Part shown: one piece after another, positions 24,908-38,300 of the stretch
Position numbering within the stretch: the first letter of the stretch is position 1
Layout of the letters: every line of letters begins with the position of its first letter
Assembly (NCBI GenBank): GCA_950097015.1
Contig: CATNEN010000041.1
Location: forward strand, 3,286,001-3,350,000
From: Macrostomum hystrix
Taxonomy: Eukaryota > Animalia > Platyhelminthes
Length of the DNA stretch: 64,000 nt
Direction of reading: 5' to 3'
Position numbers and translations under genes: made by a program
Notes under the pieces: generated by a model
What the model saw: only the letters and a program-made list of their open reading frames with translations
Told to the model about the DNA's origin: nothing
Database searches by the model: none

Positions 24908-25016
24908 GCGCCTATAGCCTAATGGCTAGAGCGCTAGGCTAGACTCTACTGATGAGCTCCAATAAGAGCGAAACGCGTCTGGAGTTGCCTTGGTTCGAAT
25001 CCTGATTTCAATTTTT
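24908..25016 (+). ncRNA. tRNA-derived Pol III unit containing a minimal type I hammerhead ribozyme (retrozyme/SINE-like)
   Basis: A box TAGCCTAATGG 24915-24925. Hammerhead: CTGATGA 24949-24955, stem II GCTC/GAGC with loop CAATAA, GAAA 24970-24973, palindromic ACGCGT stem III, GTC cleavage triplet ending at 24979, stem I ACTCTA/TGGAGT. B box GGTTCGAATCC 24992-25002; TTTTTT 25011-25016. Confidence 0.85.
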
Positions 25017-25101
25017 TCGATACATATCGGAATCGATTCCAACATTAGATTTTTGAAATTCAATGGGCAGTGTCCTCGCTCCTCTCTCCCGCTCTCTCTC
25101 C

Positions 25102-25149
<48 letters not shown>

Positions 25150-25497
25150 AAAAAGCTGGTTTTTGCATCATACTCAGGACACAGACGCCAGCTGCGTCAC
25201 GTGCTGCAGCCTAGCCTGCATCGTCTGTGTGCACACATATAGGAGCCAATCCAACCATTTTCTTACTACCGCTACTAAAAGTAGCTTCCAAGTAGCTTGT
25301 AAAAAAGAAAACGAAGGTTGGTTTTTTAAAGAGATTCTCATTCTCATTCTAGAATTCTCATTTATTGGCCGAAGATCTTCTAGAAATAAACATGCGCTTA
25401 CCATGAGCTCACGCAGCCCCACTCTCGATGGGGTATCTGTCTGTTCTTCAGCCTTTTACTGTTTTCCTGTTTTACTGTTAACACGCTCGCTCCCGCT

Positions 25498-25995
25498 TAA
25501 AACCTGCTCCCACCTGCATAAAACCTGCTCCCACCTGCATCACACTTGCTCGCACCTGCATAAAACCTGCTCGCACCTGCATAAAACCTGCTCGCACCTG
25601 CATCACACCTGCTCGCACCTGCATAAAACCTGCTCGCACCTGCATCACACCTGCTCGCACCTGCATAAAACCTGCTCGCACCTGCATAAAACCTGCTCGC
25701 ACCTGCATCGAACCTGCTCCCACCTGCATCACACTTGCTCGCACCTGCATCAAACCTGCTCGCACCTGCATCACACCTGCTCGCACCTGCATCACACCTG
25801 CTCGCACCTGCATCAAACCTGCTCGCACCTGCATCAAACCTGCTCGCACCTGCATAAAACCTGCTCGCACCTGCATCAAACCTGCTCGCACCTGCATCAC
25901 ACTTGCTCGCACCTGCATAAAACCTGCTCGCACCTGCATAAAACCTGCTCGCACCTGCATAAAACCTGCTCGCACCTGCATAAAACCTGCTCGCG
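25498..25995 (+). repeat. 21-bp minisatellite
   Basis: Unit aaacctgctcgcacctgcata, with variants. Confidence 0.95.
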
Positions 25996-26087
25996 CGTCC
26001 ATCACACTGCATCATTTAAAGATAATATGGTACAGATGGCAGCTTGTTCATTTCACCGGTGGCTCAATGAACGAGCGCCGCTTGTTA

Positions 26088-26365
26088 CCAAGCCACAAAA
26101 ATGTTACCAAACCATAAAAATGTTACCAAGCCATCAAAATGTTACCAAACCATAAAAATGTTACCAAGCCATAAAAATGTTACCAAGCCATCAAAATGTT
26201 ACCAAACCATAAAAATGTTGCCAAGCCATCAAAATGTTGCCAAGCCATCAAAATGTTGCCAAACCATAAAAATGTTACCAAGCCATCAAAATGTTACCAA
26301 ACCATAAAAATGTTACCAAGCCATCAAAATGTTGCCAAACCATAAAAATGTTGCCAAGCCATAAA
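26088..26365 (+). repeat. 20-bp minisatellite
   Basis: Unit aaatgttaccaagccatcaa / aaatgttaccaaaccataaa. Confidence 0.9.
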
Positions 26366-26821
26366 ATTCGTTGCAGCTGCCAAAAGTGCAGAGCGGCAGC
26401 GAAGTCAATTAGAAGTTTGAAGAGTCCTGAAAGTTCCATGACAAGCGAATATACGAGCTGCAGAAATGCTCGCTCCTGCAGGTCAGCTGCAAACAGAGCG
26501 TCAGGCATTTTTATCAGCTGTGCGATCTGTTGCGACATGCGTCTATTTGCGCTTAGGTGGATCTGCAGGCCAGCGGGTATGCAGCTGGCGAGTTAAGGGG
26601 CTGCGCGATAGTGCCAGATTGATTTACGCTTGCTACCTGTTTGCATCTAATTGAAATTACACCCGGCAGCCCAAAGTGCTCCGCTGAACATGCGTCTGCG
26701 AAATAAGATAGTAGCATCGAAGCCAATTCGATAAACCAATTATTAAAAGTGAATGTCAAGGAATTTTTGCCTCATGCCGAGCCAGAAGAAGAGCCCGGCA
26801 GCCCAACTCATTTTTTTTTAT

Positions 26822-28650
26822 CTAATCCGCATTAGGAAGAGCCGGATAAGCATCCAATCCGCATGGGGAAGAGCCAGATAAGCATCCAATCCGCATGGGG
26901 AAGAGCCAGATAAGCATCCAATCCGCATGGGGAAGAGCCAGATACGAGTAAGCATCCAATCCGCATTGGAAGAGCCAGATAAGCATCCAATCCGCGTGGG
27001 GGAAGAGCCAGATAAGTATCCAGTCCGCATCGGGAAGAGTCAGATAAAGCATCCAGTCCGCGTGGGGGAAGAGCCAGATAAAGCATCCAGTCCGCGTGGG
27101 GGAAGAGCCAGATAAGCATCCAATCCGCATCGGGAAGAGCCAGATAAGCATCCAATCCGCATCGGGAAGAGCCAGATAAGCATCCAGTCCGCGTGGGGGA
27201 AGAGCCAGATAAGCATCCAATCCGCATTGGGAAGAGCCGGATAAGCATCCAATCCGCATTGGGAAGAGCCGGATAAGCATCCAATCTGCATGGGGAAGAG
27301 CCAGATAAGCATCCAATCCGCATGGGGAAGAGTCAGATAAGCATCCAATCCGCATCGGGAAGAGCCAGATAAGCATCCAGTCCGCGTGGGGGAAGAGCCA
27401 GATAAGCATCCAATCCGCATTGGGAAGAGCCGGATAAGCATCCAATCCGCATTGGGAAGAGCCGGATAAGCATCCAATCTGCATGGGGAAGAGCCAGATA
27501 AGCATCCAATCCGCATGGGGAAGAGTCAGATAAGCATCCAATCCGCATGGGGAAGAGCCAGATAAGCATCTAATCCGCATTGGAAGAGCCAGATAAGCAT
27601 CCAATCCGCGTGGGGGAAGAGCCAGATAAGTATCCAGTCCGCATCGGGAAGAGTCAGATAAAGCATCCAGTCCGCGTGGGGGAAGAGCCAGATAAAGCAT
27701 CCAGTCCGCGTGGGGGAAGAGCCAGATAAGCATCCAATCCGCATCGGGAAGAGCCAGATAAGCATCCAATCCGCATCGGGAAGAGCCAGATAAGCATCCA
27801 GTCCGCGTGGGGAAAGAGCCAGATAAGCATCCAATCCGCATTGGGAAGAGCCGGATAAGCATCCAATACGCATTGGGAAGAGCCGGATAAGCATCCAATC
27901 TGCATGGGGAAGAGCCAGATAAGCATCCAATCCGCATCGGGAAGAGTCAGATAAGCATCCAATCCGCATGGGGAAGAGCCAGATAAGCATCCAATCCGCA
28001 TGGGGAAGAGTCAGATAAGCATCCAATCCGCATGGGGAAGAGCCAGATAAGCATCCAAGCTTCATTGGAAGAGCCAGATAAGCATCCAATCCGCATTGGG
28101 AAGAGCCGGATAAGCATCCAATCCGTATCGGGAAGAGCCAGATAAGCATCCAATCAGCATTGGGAAGAGCCAGATAAGCATCCAATCCGCATGGGGAAGA
28201 GCCAGATAAGCATCCAATCCGCATGGGGAAGAGCCAGATAAGCATCCAATCCGCATGGGGAAGAGTCAGATAAGCATCCAATCCGCATGGGGAAGAGCCA
28301 GATAAGCATCCAAGCTTCATTGGAAGAGCCAGATAAGCATCCAATCCGCATTGGGAAGAGCCGGATAAGCATCCAATCCGCATCGGGAAGAGTCAGATAA
28401 AGCATCCAGTCCGCGTGGGGGAAGAGCCAGATAAGCATCCAATCCGCATTGGGAAGAGCCGGATAAGCATCCAATCCGCATGGGGAAGAGCCAGATAAGC
28501 ATCCAATCCGCATTGGGAAGAGCCAGATAAGCATCCAATCCGCATTGGGAAGAGCCAGATAAGCTTCCAATCCGCATGGGGAAGAGCCAGATAAGCATCC
28601 AATCCGCATTGGGAAGAGCCGGATAAGCATCCAATCCGCATTGGAAGAGC
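26822..28650 (+). repeat. ~32-bp minisatellite (~55 copies) bracketed by a 17-bp direct repeat
   Basis: Unit aatccgcatggggaagagccagataagcatcc. Flanks: agcccggcagcccaact at 26792-26808 and 28664-28680. Confidence 0.95.
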
Positions 28651-29336
28651 TACGAGCTAGAAAAGCCCGGCAGCCCAACTGTGTTCCTGCATCCAACCCG
28701 TATCCGGAAGCGGGCGCAAGCAGCTGGAGTTACAGTTTGCCCAGCATTGTACATCAGCTCCATTGTGCTGCAAACACTTGCGTACAAGGCAGCATGTCAG
28801 CAGAGCAGTCACATTGAATTTCCATTCTGCTCTTTTGCGAGCAGACTATTCTCGGCTCGCCACAGTATCGCTCTCATCGCTTACCTCACCATGCACACGG
28901 CACCTTGCGTCTGCGTAGAGGAGAGAAAGAAGGCCGGTCGAGGCGATGTCCATTCAAGCCTTTGCGAGGCTCGCTTGCATCTCAAGCAGGACTCTCATTG
29001 GTCGGGGGGCTACTATTCAGCTTCACACTCAGCCCTCTAAACCCTTCTCCTGGGGCACAGCCTCGGCCGATACGCACACACCTCCTTTACCTCGACTTTG
29101 TGCCACCCTGTGCATGTCCGCATGCTGTCCCCGTCCTCCGACCCTCCGCACACACGTTGCCCATCTTAACAAAACAGAGGTGTCTCGCCTGCCAGACCCA
29201 GGGCTTTCACACTCAATATTTGGCCATCTGTTGGCGAACCACGAAGCGGCGCCCAGACAAAGATAGGGACTGAAGAGCTCAACTCGTGCTTTGCGCTCCA
29301 AAATCTACCCAAGCCATCACGAAGCTCCACCTCCAG

Positions 29337-32300
29337 GTTGAAAACTGCGTCATGGATAAAAAAGAGTATTGTAAGGTTACTGTGCACTGGGAGAACAAGT
29401 CTACGGGAAAGCTCGACACTAGGATACTGGTACGCCACATCCGGGATGCTACAACCATGCTTCTCTGCTTCGAAATGGGCTCTCACACGTGAAGGAGTCT
29501 TCAGAGCACAGGTTGGGAAACTGTGCTACACACAGTTTTCCTACCTGTGTACTGGGATACGCCCTTCCTCACCTGTTTACTGGAATGCTTCACCAACACT
29601 ATACTGAAATGCTTCACCAACTGTGTACTGGAATGCTTCACCAACTGTGTACTGGAATGCTTCACCAACTATGTACTGGAATGCTTCACCAACTGTGTAC
29701 TGGAATGCTTCACCAACTATGTACTGGAATGATTCACCAACTGTTTACTGGAATGCTTCACCAACTGTGTACTGGAATGATTCACCAACTGTGTACTAGC
29801 ATGCTTCCCCACCTGTGTACTGGAATGCTTCCCCAACTGTGTACTGGAATGCTTCCCCAACTGTGTACTGGAATGCTTCCCCAACTGTGTACTGGAATGC
29901 TTTCCCAACTGTGTACTGGAATGCTTCCCCAACTGTGTACTGGAATGCTTCCCCAACTGTGTACTGGAATGCTTTCCCAACTGTGTACTGGAATGCTTTC
30001 CCAACTGTGTACTGGAATGCTTTCCCACCTGTGTACGAGATGCTCCCCCACCAAATGTACTAGCGTCATTCCAAATGTACTAGCGTCATTCCAAATGTAC
30101 TAGCGTCATTCCACATGTACTAGCGTCATTCCACATGTACTAGCGTCAATCCATATGTACTAGCGTGATTCCACATGTACTAGCGTCATTCCACATGTAC
30201 TAGTGCCATTCCACATGCACTAGCGTCATTCCACATGCACTAGCGTCATTCCACATGTACTAGCGTCATTCCACATGTACTAGCGTCATTCCATATGTAC
30301 TAGCGTCATTCCACATGCACTAGCGTCATTCCACATGCACTAGCGTCATTCCATATGTACTAGCGTCATTCCATATGTACTAGCGTCATTCCACATGCAC
30401 TAGCGCCATTCCACATGTACTAGCGTGATTCCACATGTACTAGCGTCATTCCACATGTACTAGTGCCATTCCACATGTACTAGCGTCATTCCACATGTAC
30501 TAGTGCCATTCCACATGTACTAGCGTCATTCCACATGTACTAGCGTCATTCCACATGTACTATCGTCATTCCACAAGTACTAGCGTCATTCCACATGAAG
30601 CGTCGTTCCCGGTGTACTAGCTTTACCTCACCTGCGTACTAACATAGACCCCAAAAATCTTACTCACCTTCCCCATATGTACTTCTCCAACCTGTAAATG
30701 ATTGTGCTGCTCACAATGTATATTAAAATGCTCTGCCACCTATACTGAACTTAACTCCTTCGAACACTGACCGTGAACCACCACAGATCATGCGCTCTGA
30801 CCGCATGGAGGTGGCTGTGCTAAAGGGCCAGATCCGCACGGAGCGCACCGTGCACTTTCTAGATATTCGCCGCCTGGAGGCCGGTGAAGAGAACCGGGCC
30901 AGCATGCATCTACGCTCTGGCGAGTGCCTGCAGTTCGCCTGCACCTTGGAGGCCGACCTCACCCGCCTCGTGTCCCACCTCGTGGCCAGTCTGCAGTTTC
31001 ACCTACCCCAGCTTCAAACCACTACGCAGCAGCTGCTGGAGCTGCGCCTACCCAAGGAGTGGAATGTGCAGAGCATGGTGGAGGGCCACATGGCAGAGCT
31101 GGGCCGGCCCGCCTCAGACAAGTGCGGCCACTTCGGTACGGCCTACGAGTTTTTCTGCCACTACACTGGGGCCGAAATGCGAGACGAGATTCGCTGGGAT
31201 GTGGAAACCATCTACTTCTCGCAGGGCAGCCGTACCTTCTGCATATCAGACTTTTGTCATTTTGGCCCAACAGACTATTCAATGATTCTGGCCGCTCTCA
31301 GCTTCAATGACTTCTTCACTGTGCTCAATGTTAATGGCATCAAGTTTGTGAGTCATCTGCCCACATCTGGTGGGTCAGATTTCGGGATTCCTTGGCTCGC
31401 TTGTCTCAGAAAGCATTCAGCCTAAAAATCTTGGGAGTAGGGAATAATCACAGTTGTCTGTGTTCAGCTGAGCTTCCATGTCAGCTTGAAGATCTGGTAG
31501 TGATGGTGTGTGAGTGTTCAGCTGAGCTACCATGTCAGCTTGAAGATCTGGTAGTGATGGTGTGTGAGTGTTCAGCTGAGCTTCCATGTCAGCTTGAAGA
31601 TCTGGTAGTGATGGTGTGTGAGTGTTCAGCTGAGCTGCCATGTCAGCTTGAAGATCTGGTAGTGATGGTGTGTGAGTGTTCAGCTGAGCTACCATGTCAG
31701 CTTGAAGATCTGGTAGTGATGGTGTGTGAGTGTTCAGCTGAGCTTCCATGTCAGCTTGAAGATCTGGTAGTGATGGTGTGTGAGTGTTCAGCTGAGCTGC
31801 CATGTCAGCTTGAAGATCTGGTAGTGATGGTGTGTGAGTGTTCAGCTGAGCTACCATGTCAGCTTGAAGATCTGGTAGTGATGGTGTGTGAGTGTTCAGC
31901 TGAGCTTCCATGTCAGCTTGAAGATCTGGTAGTGATGGTGTGTGAGTGTTCAGCTGAGCTTCCATGTCAGCTTGAAGATCTGGTAGTGATGGTGTGTGAG
32001 TGTTCAGCTGAGCTTCCATGTCAGCTTGAAGATCTGGTAGTGATGGTGTGTGAGTGTTCAGCTGAGCTACCATGTCAGCTTGAAGATCTGGTAGTGATGG
32101 TGTGTGAGTGTTCAGCTGAGCTTCCATGTCAGCTTGAAGATCTGGTAGTGATGGTGTGTGAGTGTTCAGCTGAGCTTCCATTTCAGCTTGAAGATCTGGT
32201 AGTGATGGTGTGTGAGTGTTCAGCTGAGCTTCCATTTCAGCTTGAAGATCTGGTAGTGATGGTGTGTGAGTGTTCAGCTGAGCTTCCATGTCAGCTTGAA

Positions 32301-35300
32301 GATCTGGTAGTGATGGTGTGTGAGTGTTCAGCTGAGCTTCCATGTCAGCTTGAAGATCTGGTAGTGATGGTGTGTGAGTGTTCAGCTTAGCTACCATGCC
32401 AGCTTGAAGATCTGGTAGTGCCATGGTACGAGTATCATGCTTCTGGAAATTCGCACGCCTTCGCCTCCAAAATTTCAGACTCCGCAGATGACGAGGTTCC
32501 TGGAGACGATGCTGACCTACAACACAACACTGCTGGAGCTTCACCTGTCGAACTGCGGGCTCAAGCTGTGAGTTTCAGTCTTGCATTGAGAGCATTGAGA
32601 TTTGCCACATTACTTGACTAACTCAGCAATCAACCACCCCGCTCAACCCTCAGAGACTCGGTAAAGTCGATGGCCTCGGCGCTAGACTCAAACAGCGATT
32701 GCCGAATCCGAGTGCTTGACCTCTCCGGGAACGCGTTCACGGAAGACAAAAGTACGCCTTGCTTTTTAGCCCTTGGGGAGAGCCCTCTTGACTCTGGAAT
32801 TCAGCTAGCTGTCTTTCAATTTCAGCCAAACTTTGTCCATAATTACGCAGCTAAATTTTGCCCTAGCTACAGTACTTGCCAGTATTATGCAAGGCACAAG
32901 CCTCCTACTCCACCACTGTTCCGCTCACTAGCTGTCGACCGCCTGTGTGCTCTGCTGTCACGCCTCAGCACCAGCTTGCAACGGCTCATTTTGGGCCAGT
33001 GCGGCCTCTCCTCCAAGTCGCTGAATCGAGTCTGCGAAGCACTAGGCGGAGGCCAGCAGGGCCCGCAAGGTCCGCCGCCGCTCGCACACCTAGTCATCGA
33101 CTCTAACGAGCAGAAGGGGGAGAACACTTCGGTGAGCGCCCCGACCCAGCTTGCGCTTAAATATGTAAAATCTGCAAATCCGTGGGATAAGTGAAAATCA
33201 GTACAGATTAGTGCGGATTAGTGTAAAACAGTGCGAATGAGATGGCCAACCAACATGAAAAATTTGAGATTTTTTAGCATTGTTTACTTTTAGCTTATTA
33301 GGGACTCAAGAGTATCCGGTAGATACCATGCAGGATTAGGGAGTCTAGAGTATCCGGTAGATACCATGGAGGATTAGGGAGTCTAGAGTATCCGGTAGAT
33401 ACCATGGAGGATTAGGGAGTCTAGAGTATCCGGTAGATACCATGGAGGATTAGGGAGTCTAGGGTATCCGGTAGATACCATGGAGGATTAGGGAGTCTAG
33501 GGTATCCGGTAGATACCATGGAGGATTAGGGAGTCTAGAGTATCCGGTAGATACCATGCAGGATTAGGGAGTCTAGAGTATCCGGTAGATACCATGGAGG
33601 ATTAGGGAGTCTAGAGTATCCGGTAGATACCATGGAGGATTAGGGAGTCTAGAGTATCCGGTAGATACCATGGAGGATTAGGGAGTCTAGAGTATCCGGT
33701 AGATACCATGGAGGATTAGGGAGTCTAGGGTATCCGGTAGATACCATGGAGGATTAGGGAGTCTAGAGTATCCGGTAGATACCATGGAGGATTAGGGAGT
33801 CTAGGGTATCCGGTAGATACCATGGAGGATTAGGGAGTCTAGAGTATCCGGTAGATACCATGGAGGATTAGGGAGTCTAGAGTATCCGGTAGATACCATG
33901 CAGGATTAGGGAGTCTAGAGTATCCGGTAGATACCATGGAGGATTAGGGAGTCTAGAGTATCCGGTAGATACCATGGAGGATTAGGGAGTCTAGAGTATC
34001 CGGTAGATACCATGGAGGATTAGGGAGTCTAGAGTATCCGGTAGATACCATGGAGGATTAGGGAGTCTAGAGTATCCGGTAGATACCATGGAGGATTAGG
34101 GAGTCTAGAGTATCCGGTAGATACCATGGAGGATTAGGGAGTCTAGAGTATCCGGTAGATACCATGGAGGATTAGGGAGTCTAGGGTATCCGGTAGATAC
34201 CATGGAGGATTAGGGAGTCTAGGGTATCCGGTAGATACCATGGAGGATTAGGGAGGCGTCGCATCAGATTTTCAGATCGATCACAATAAACACCGCGGCT
34301 GTTCGCATGTACCTGTGCACCAGCTGAGCTAAGAGTTCTTCCCTCGTAGTTTTCACAATGGTCCCCACCCGCTGATTTAACAGCGAAGCTCCATCGTCCA
34401 GATGCTGAAGCCCCGCGGACTCAGCAACGAAGTGAGCCACTGATACCAGTACTGCACCGCTTCGCAGCTTGCATCACAGGGCCTTCAGTAATGAATGAGG
34501 TCAAATTAGAGCGCCTGAGCATACTGAACCCATCAAATGCAGCAGCATCAGCCTTGCACACCTGCAGCCCACCCACTCCTGCAGCCTAAATATAGGCTTT
34601 GGCCTCCAGAATTATTTTGCTCAATAGCTAATCCTTCAGAAACCTATTCTGATTGAAAGACATTTCTGTGCATGCAAAGTCAATAAAAGCATCAGAATGT
34701 GTAACAGAGTTTTCTATACTGCCAAATCTAATAGTTTAAAGACGAATAATGATATAACGATGACACAAGCGTGCGGCTTATCTTTCCAGCTTATTCAAAA
34801 GTACATTTCTAAGGCCACCAATCTGGAACACCTGAGCTGCGCTGGCTGCGACTTCAATCTGGATTCAGTAAGCCAATTCAGCTATTCAGCAATTCAGCAA
34901 TTCATGAATAAAGCTCATGCTTAGGGTCCCACTTCGCTACCACCAACTGCCATCTCCATTAGTTTGCCGCAGCCTTCCTGCGCGGCCTGACCCAGTGTGT
35001 GACGCACCTGGATCTGAGTGGCAATCCGTTCTGGAATCCGCGCCGTGGTTCGCGACCCAAGGACACCCCGGCACTTAGCAAAGACTGGAACTTGATCTTC
35101 GCCCGCTGCCTGCGGCTTCGACTTCTTCGGCTCAACTCCTGCCGCCTGCCGCCTCAGGCTGTCTCCGACCTTCTCAGCGGCCTAGGTGCAAACCGCAACC
35201 TCAAGGGAGTCCGGCTGGAGCTCGCTGGCAATGAGCTGGGAGCAGCTGGTGCTCAAGTGCTTTGCAGCTGCCTTTCACACTGCTCCATCGACTGCCTGGA

Positions 35301-38300
35301 GGCTCTGGACGTCAGCGATAATGGTGCGGACTCAGCGAAGTCTTGAACAAGATTTTCTGTTGCTGAGCTGTCCTGTCTTTCTCTTCTGTTTCTGTTGCTG
35401 AGCTGTCCTGTCTTTCTCTTCTGTTTCTGTTGCTGAGCTGTCCTGTCTTTCTCTTCTGTTTCTGTTGCTGAGCTGTCCTGTCTTTCTCTTCTGTTTCTGT
35501 TGCTGAGCTGTCCTGTCTTTCTCTTCTGTTTCTGTTGCTGAGCTGTCCTGTCTTTCTCTTCTGTTTCTGTTGCTGAGCTGTCCTGTCTTTCTCTTCTGTT
35601 TCTGTTGCTGAGCTGTCCTGTCTTTCTCTTCTGTTTCTGTTGCTGAGCTGTCCTGTCTTTCTCTTCTGTTTCTGTTGCTGAGCTGTCCTGTCTTTCTCTT
35701 CTGTTTCTGTTGCTGAGCTGTCCTGTCTTTCTCTTCTGTTTCTGTTGCTGAGCTGTCCTGTCTTTCTCTTCTGTTTCTGTTGCTGAGCTGTCCTGTCTTT
35801 CTCTTCTGTTTCTGTTGCTGAGCTGTCCTGTCTTTTTCTGATTCAGTTTCTTTCTGATTTGTTCTGGAGCGGACGGATCATTGTTGTTGCTGTGTTTTTT
35901 GTTGTTGTGACTGTTGCCATTGGTGCTTTTTGTAGTTGTGGGGTAATGCAGCGCTGCTCTACTAAAAGTGCATATTTACTGATAGTGAGTAATTTAAACT
36001 TGCAGCCTTCGACTCGGAGTTAAATAGCGTTGTAGAGGCAGTTTGCCGGACCTCCATCCGTCACCTTGGGATCGGTGGCAACAACTTCAGAGCCAAGTAT
36101 GTGCCGATCAAATTGGTTTGTCTTTGGTAAGCATTTTAGTGATTTGCCGCTCTTCCCATTGCAGGGATGCAAACCTTCTCGAAGTGTTCTCCGAGCTTGT
36201 TACGGACCCAAAATGTGTGAGCATTCTAAAATTTTACATTATCAACGCATCACGTCGGTGGAATCATTTAATGCATTTTCAATGTTGTCTTTCTAGCTCT
36301 AATATATTCTCTATACTTTAAAACAGATTTAAAAGCTAAGTGGAAATGCCAAGATTACTGAATGTGATGTTCCAACCCTAGCAATTTATTATTATCAATT
36401 TAGGAGAGCTAGTCCAAGGCGCAATGCCCAGATTGTGTTGTGCACTTTCAGACACTGAAATGCAGATCTCGATATGCATAGTCAGAGGCACAATGCTCAG
36501 ATCGTGTTGTGCACTTTTTAGACACTCGAGTCGCTGTCGGTTCGCGACGCCCGACTGCGGGAGCGGATCGTGGTGCTGCTGAACGCTGTGGGGCAGTGCC
36601 GGAACCTCACAAGGCTGGACGTCTCTGGCAACTCGATGCAAGACCTGGGCGCCAAGTTCCTGGCGAAGAGCCTCTACCTAAACTCCAGCCTAGCGGAGGT
36701 CCAACTGGACGATAATCAGATTGGGTTGTGTGGTCTCCGAGACATTGCGGATGCGTTGAGTTTCAACTCCAGCCTGCGCAGCCTTCCAGTGCCAGCCGCG
36801 GATGTCGCACGCATCCTCGCTGACACAGCCGTCTCCGCAGCCTCGGTGCACCCCGTGCTGGCCACCTTGCAGCAGGGACTGCTGAAGAATCAGTCGGCAA
36901 CCTACCAGGTCACCGGTAGAGACTACCGTCTGCAGTCCGAGCTGGGCAGCTACGCCTTCAGTCTCGACCACCTGGCTAGCAGGCTCGACCACGGCCTCAA
37001 GGCTATCGACAAGAGCGACCCCGATCCGGAGGTCGGCGCGTGCGAGAGGCGCTGTCGGGCAGCCATGCGTGAGGCGCTTTCTGCACGCTTCCTGCTAACC
37101 GGCCTCTCCAATGTGGCCGAATCCCGACGTGCCGAGTCTGTTAAGCGTTGCGTCGAGAAACGGCTGACTCAGCCGCTGCTAGAGGCAGCTACCGCGGACT
37201 TGGCCGAGACACAGGCCGCCATGCTGGATTTTCTGAAAACAGAGTGTCCGAATGCCTTTGAGGCTGAGTCAAGCCTGGAAGCGGACTTGCGCAGCCGCTT
37301 GGCCACTGACCAGAGCCAGTTCTCGGAGAGCTCTGTGCTCGCCCTGCTGGAGAGATCGGCCGGGGCAAGCTTTGCCAGCAAGTTGTCGTAAGCTGCGCCA
37401 TAGAAAGGCCCCTTAGCTCTATATTACTGCCAGTCATGTCCAGTTCTCAGCCTTTTAAATTGTTCTTTGTTCTTAGTTCTTTCTCTACAAGTTGATGCAA
37501 CACCCGCAAAACCTTCAGAGCTCTTCAGCTGAACAGTGCGTTGCTCATTAATGACTGTATGCAGGAGGCCATCGGGCACAACCTACAGCAGGCCGAGCAG
37601 GCCTTGGTTAGTTATTTTTTAAGACCTTGTAGACCTAAAGTAGACCTCGTAGCTTGGTCTTGCTCGTGAACAAACGCCCTCGCCCTCACGGCTTTTGATC
37701 CTTGCTCATACTTTAGTGCGTATCTTAGTACGTATAGAATTATTTGCATGGTTCACCGAGTGCTGCCCATCTTGTTCTGCCGCTCTACAGAACAAGCTGA
37801 TGCGCTCCAAGATGCTGCAACCGAACCTTCGCCGCTGCGATACCCAAAAGGCATCGGAGAGCGACTCCGACCTGGCGACGCCGACATCGCCTCAGTCACT
37901 GCAGTCAACGCGCCCGAAAAAAGACCGCAATCAGAGGCCGATTTCTATTTTAGGCAAGAAAGGAGAATTGAAGAATGCGCAGGTTGTTGAAATTAACATC
38001 GATGAGGATATTTCAGGAGAGGCTGCGCAGCCAGCAGTTCCGCAGGCACTGCCGCGGCGGCCAGTGGGCAGCAAGCAACGCAAGCCGCCAACGTCCTCAC
38101 TACTGCGGCAGCAACACCATCAAAGCGAGTTGCAGCAAGAGCAGCTGAAGGAGGGTAGCGAGCGAGAGCCGGAAGAGGAGGACTTCGATGCGAACGAGTA
38201 CCTCGATGCTGACACGGAGCCCGTATTTGAGCCCCGCGACGATGACGAACCGACAAAGTCTCCACCAGGCGTCTCTCCCAGAGTCGCACGAAGGCTGCCG

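Noticed and set aside
24908-25016. Functional tRNA-Ser(AGA) with an intron
   Set aside because: CT-AGA falls at the anticodon position, but the acceptor stem cannot form and the T and D stems have mismatches. Treated as tRNA-derived instead.
17190-34253. CRISPR-like appearance of 30-40-bp repeats
   Set aside because: Monomers are head-to-tail with no unique spacers, there are no cas genes, and the context is eukaryotic.
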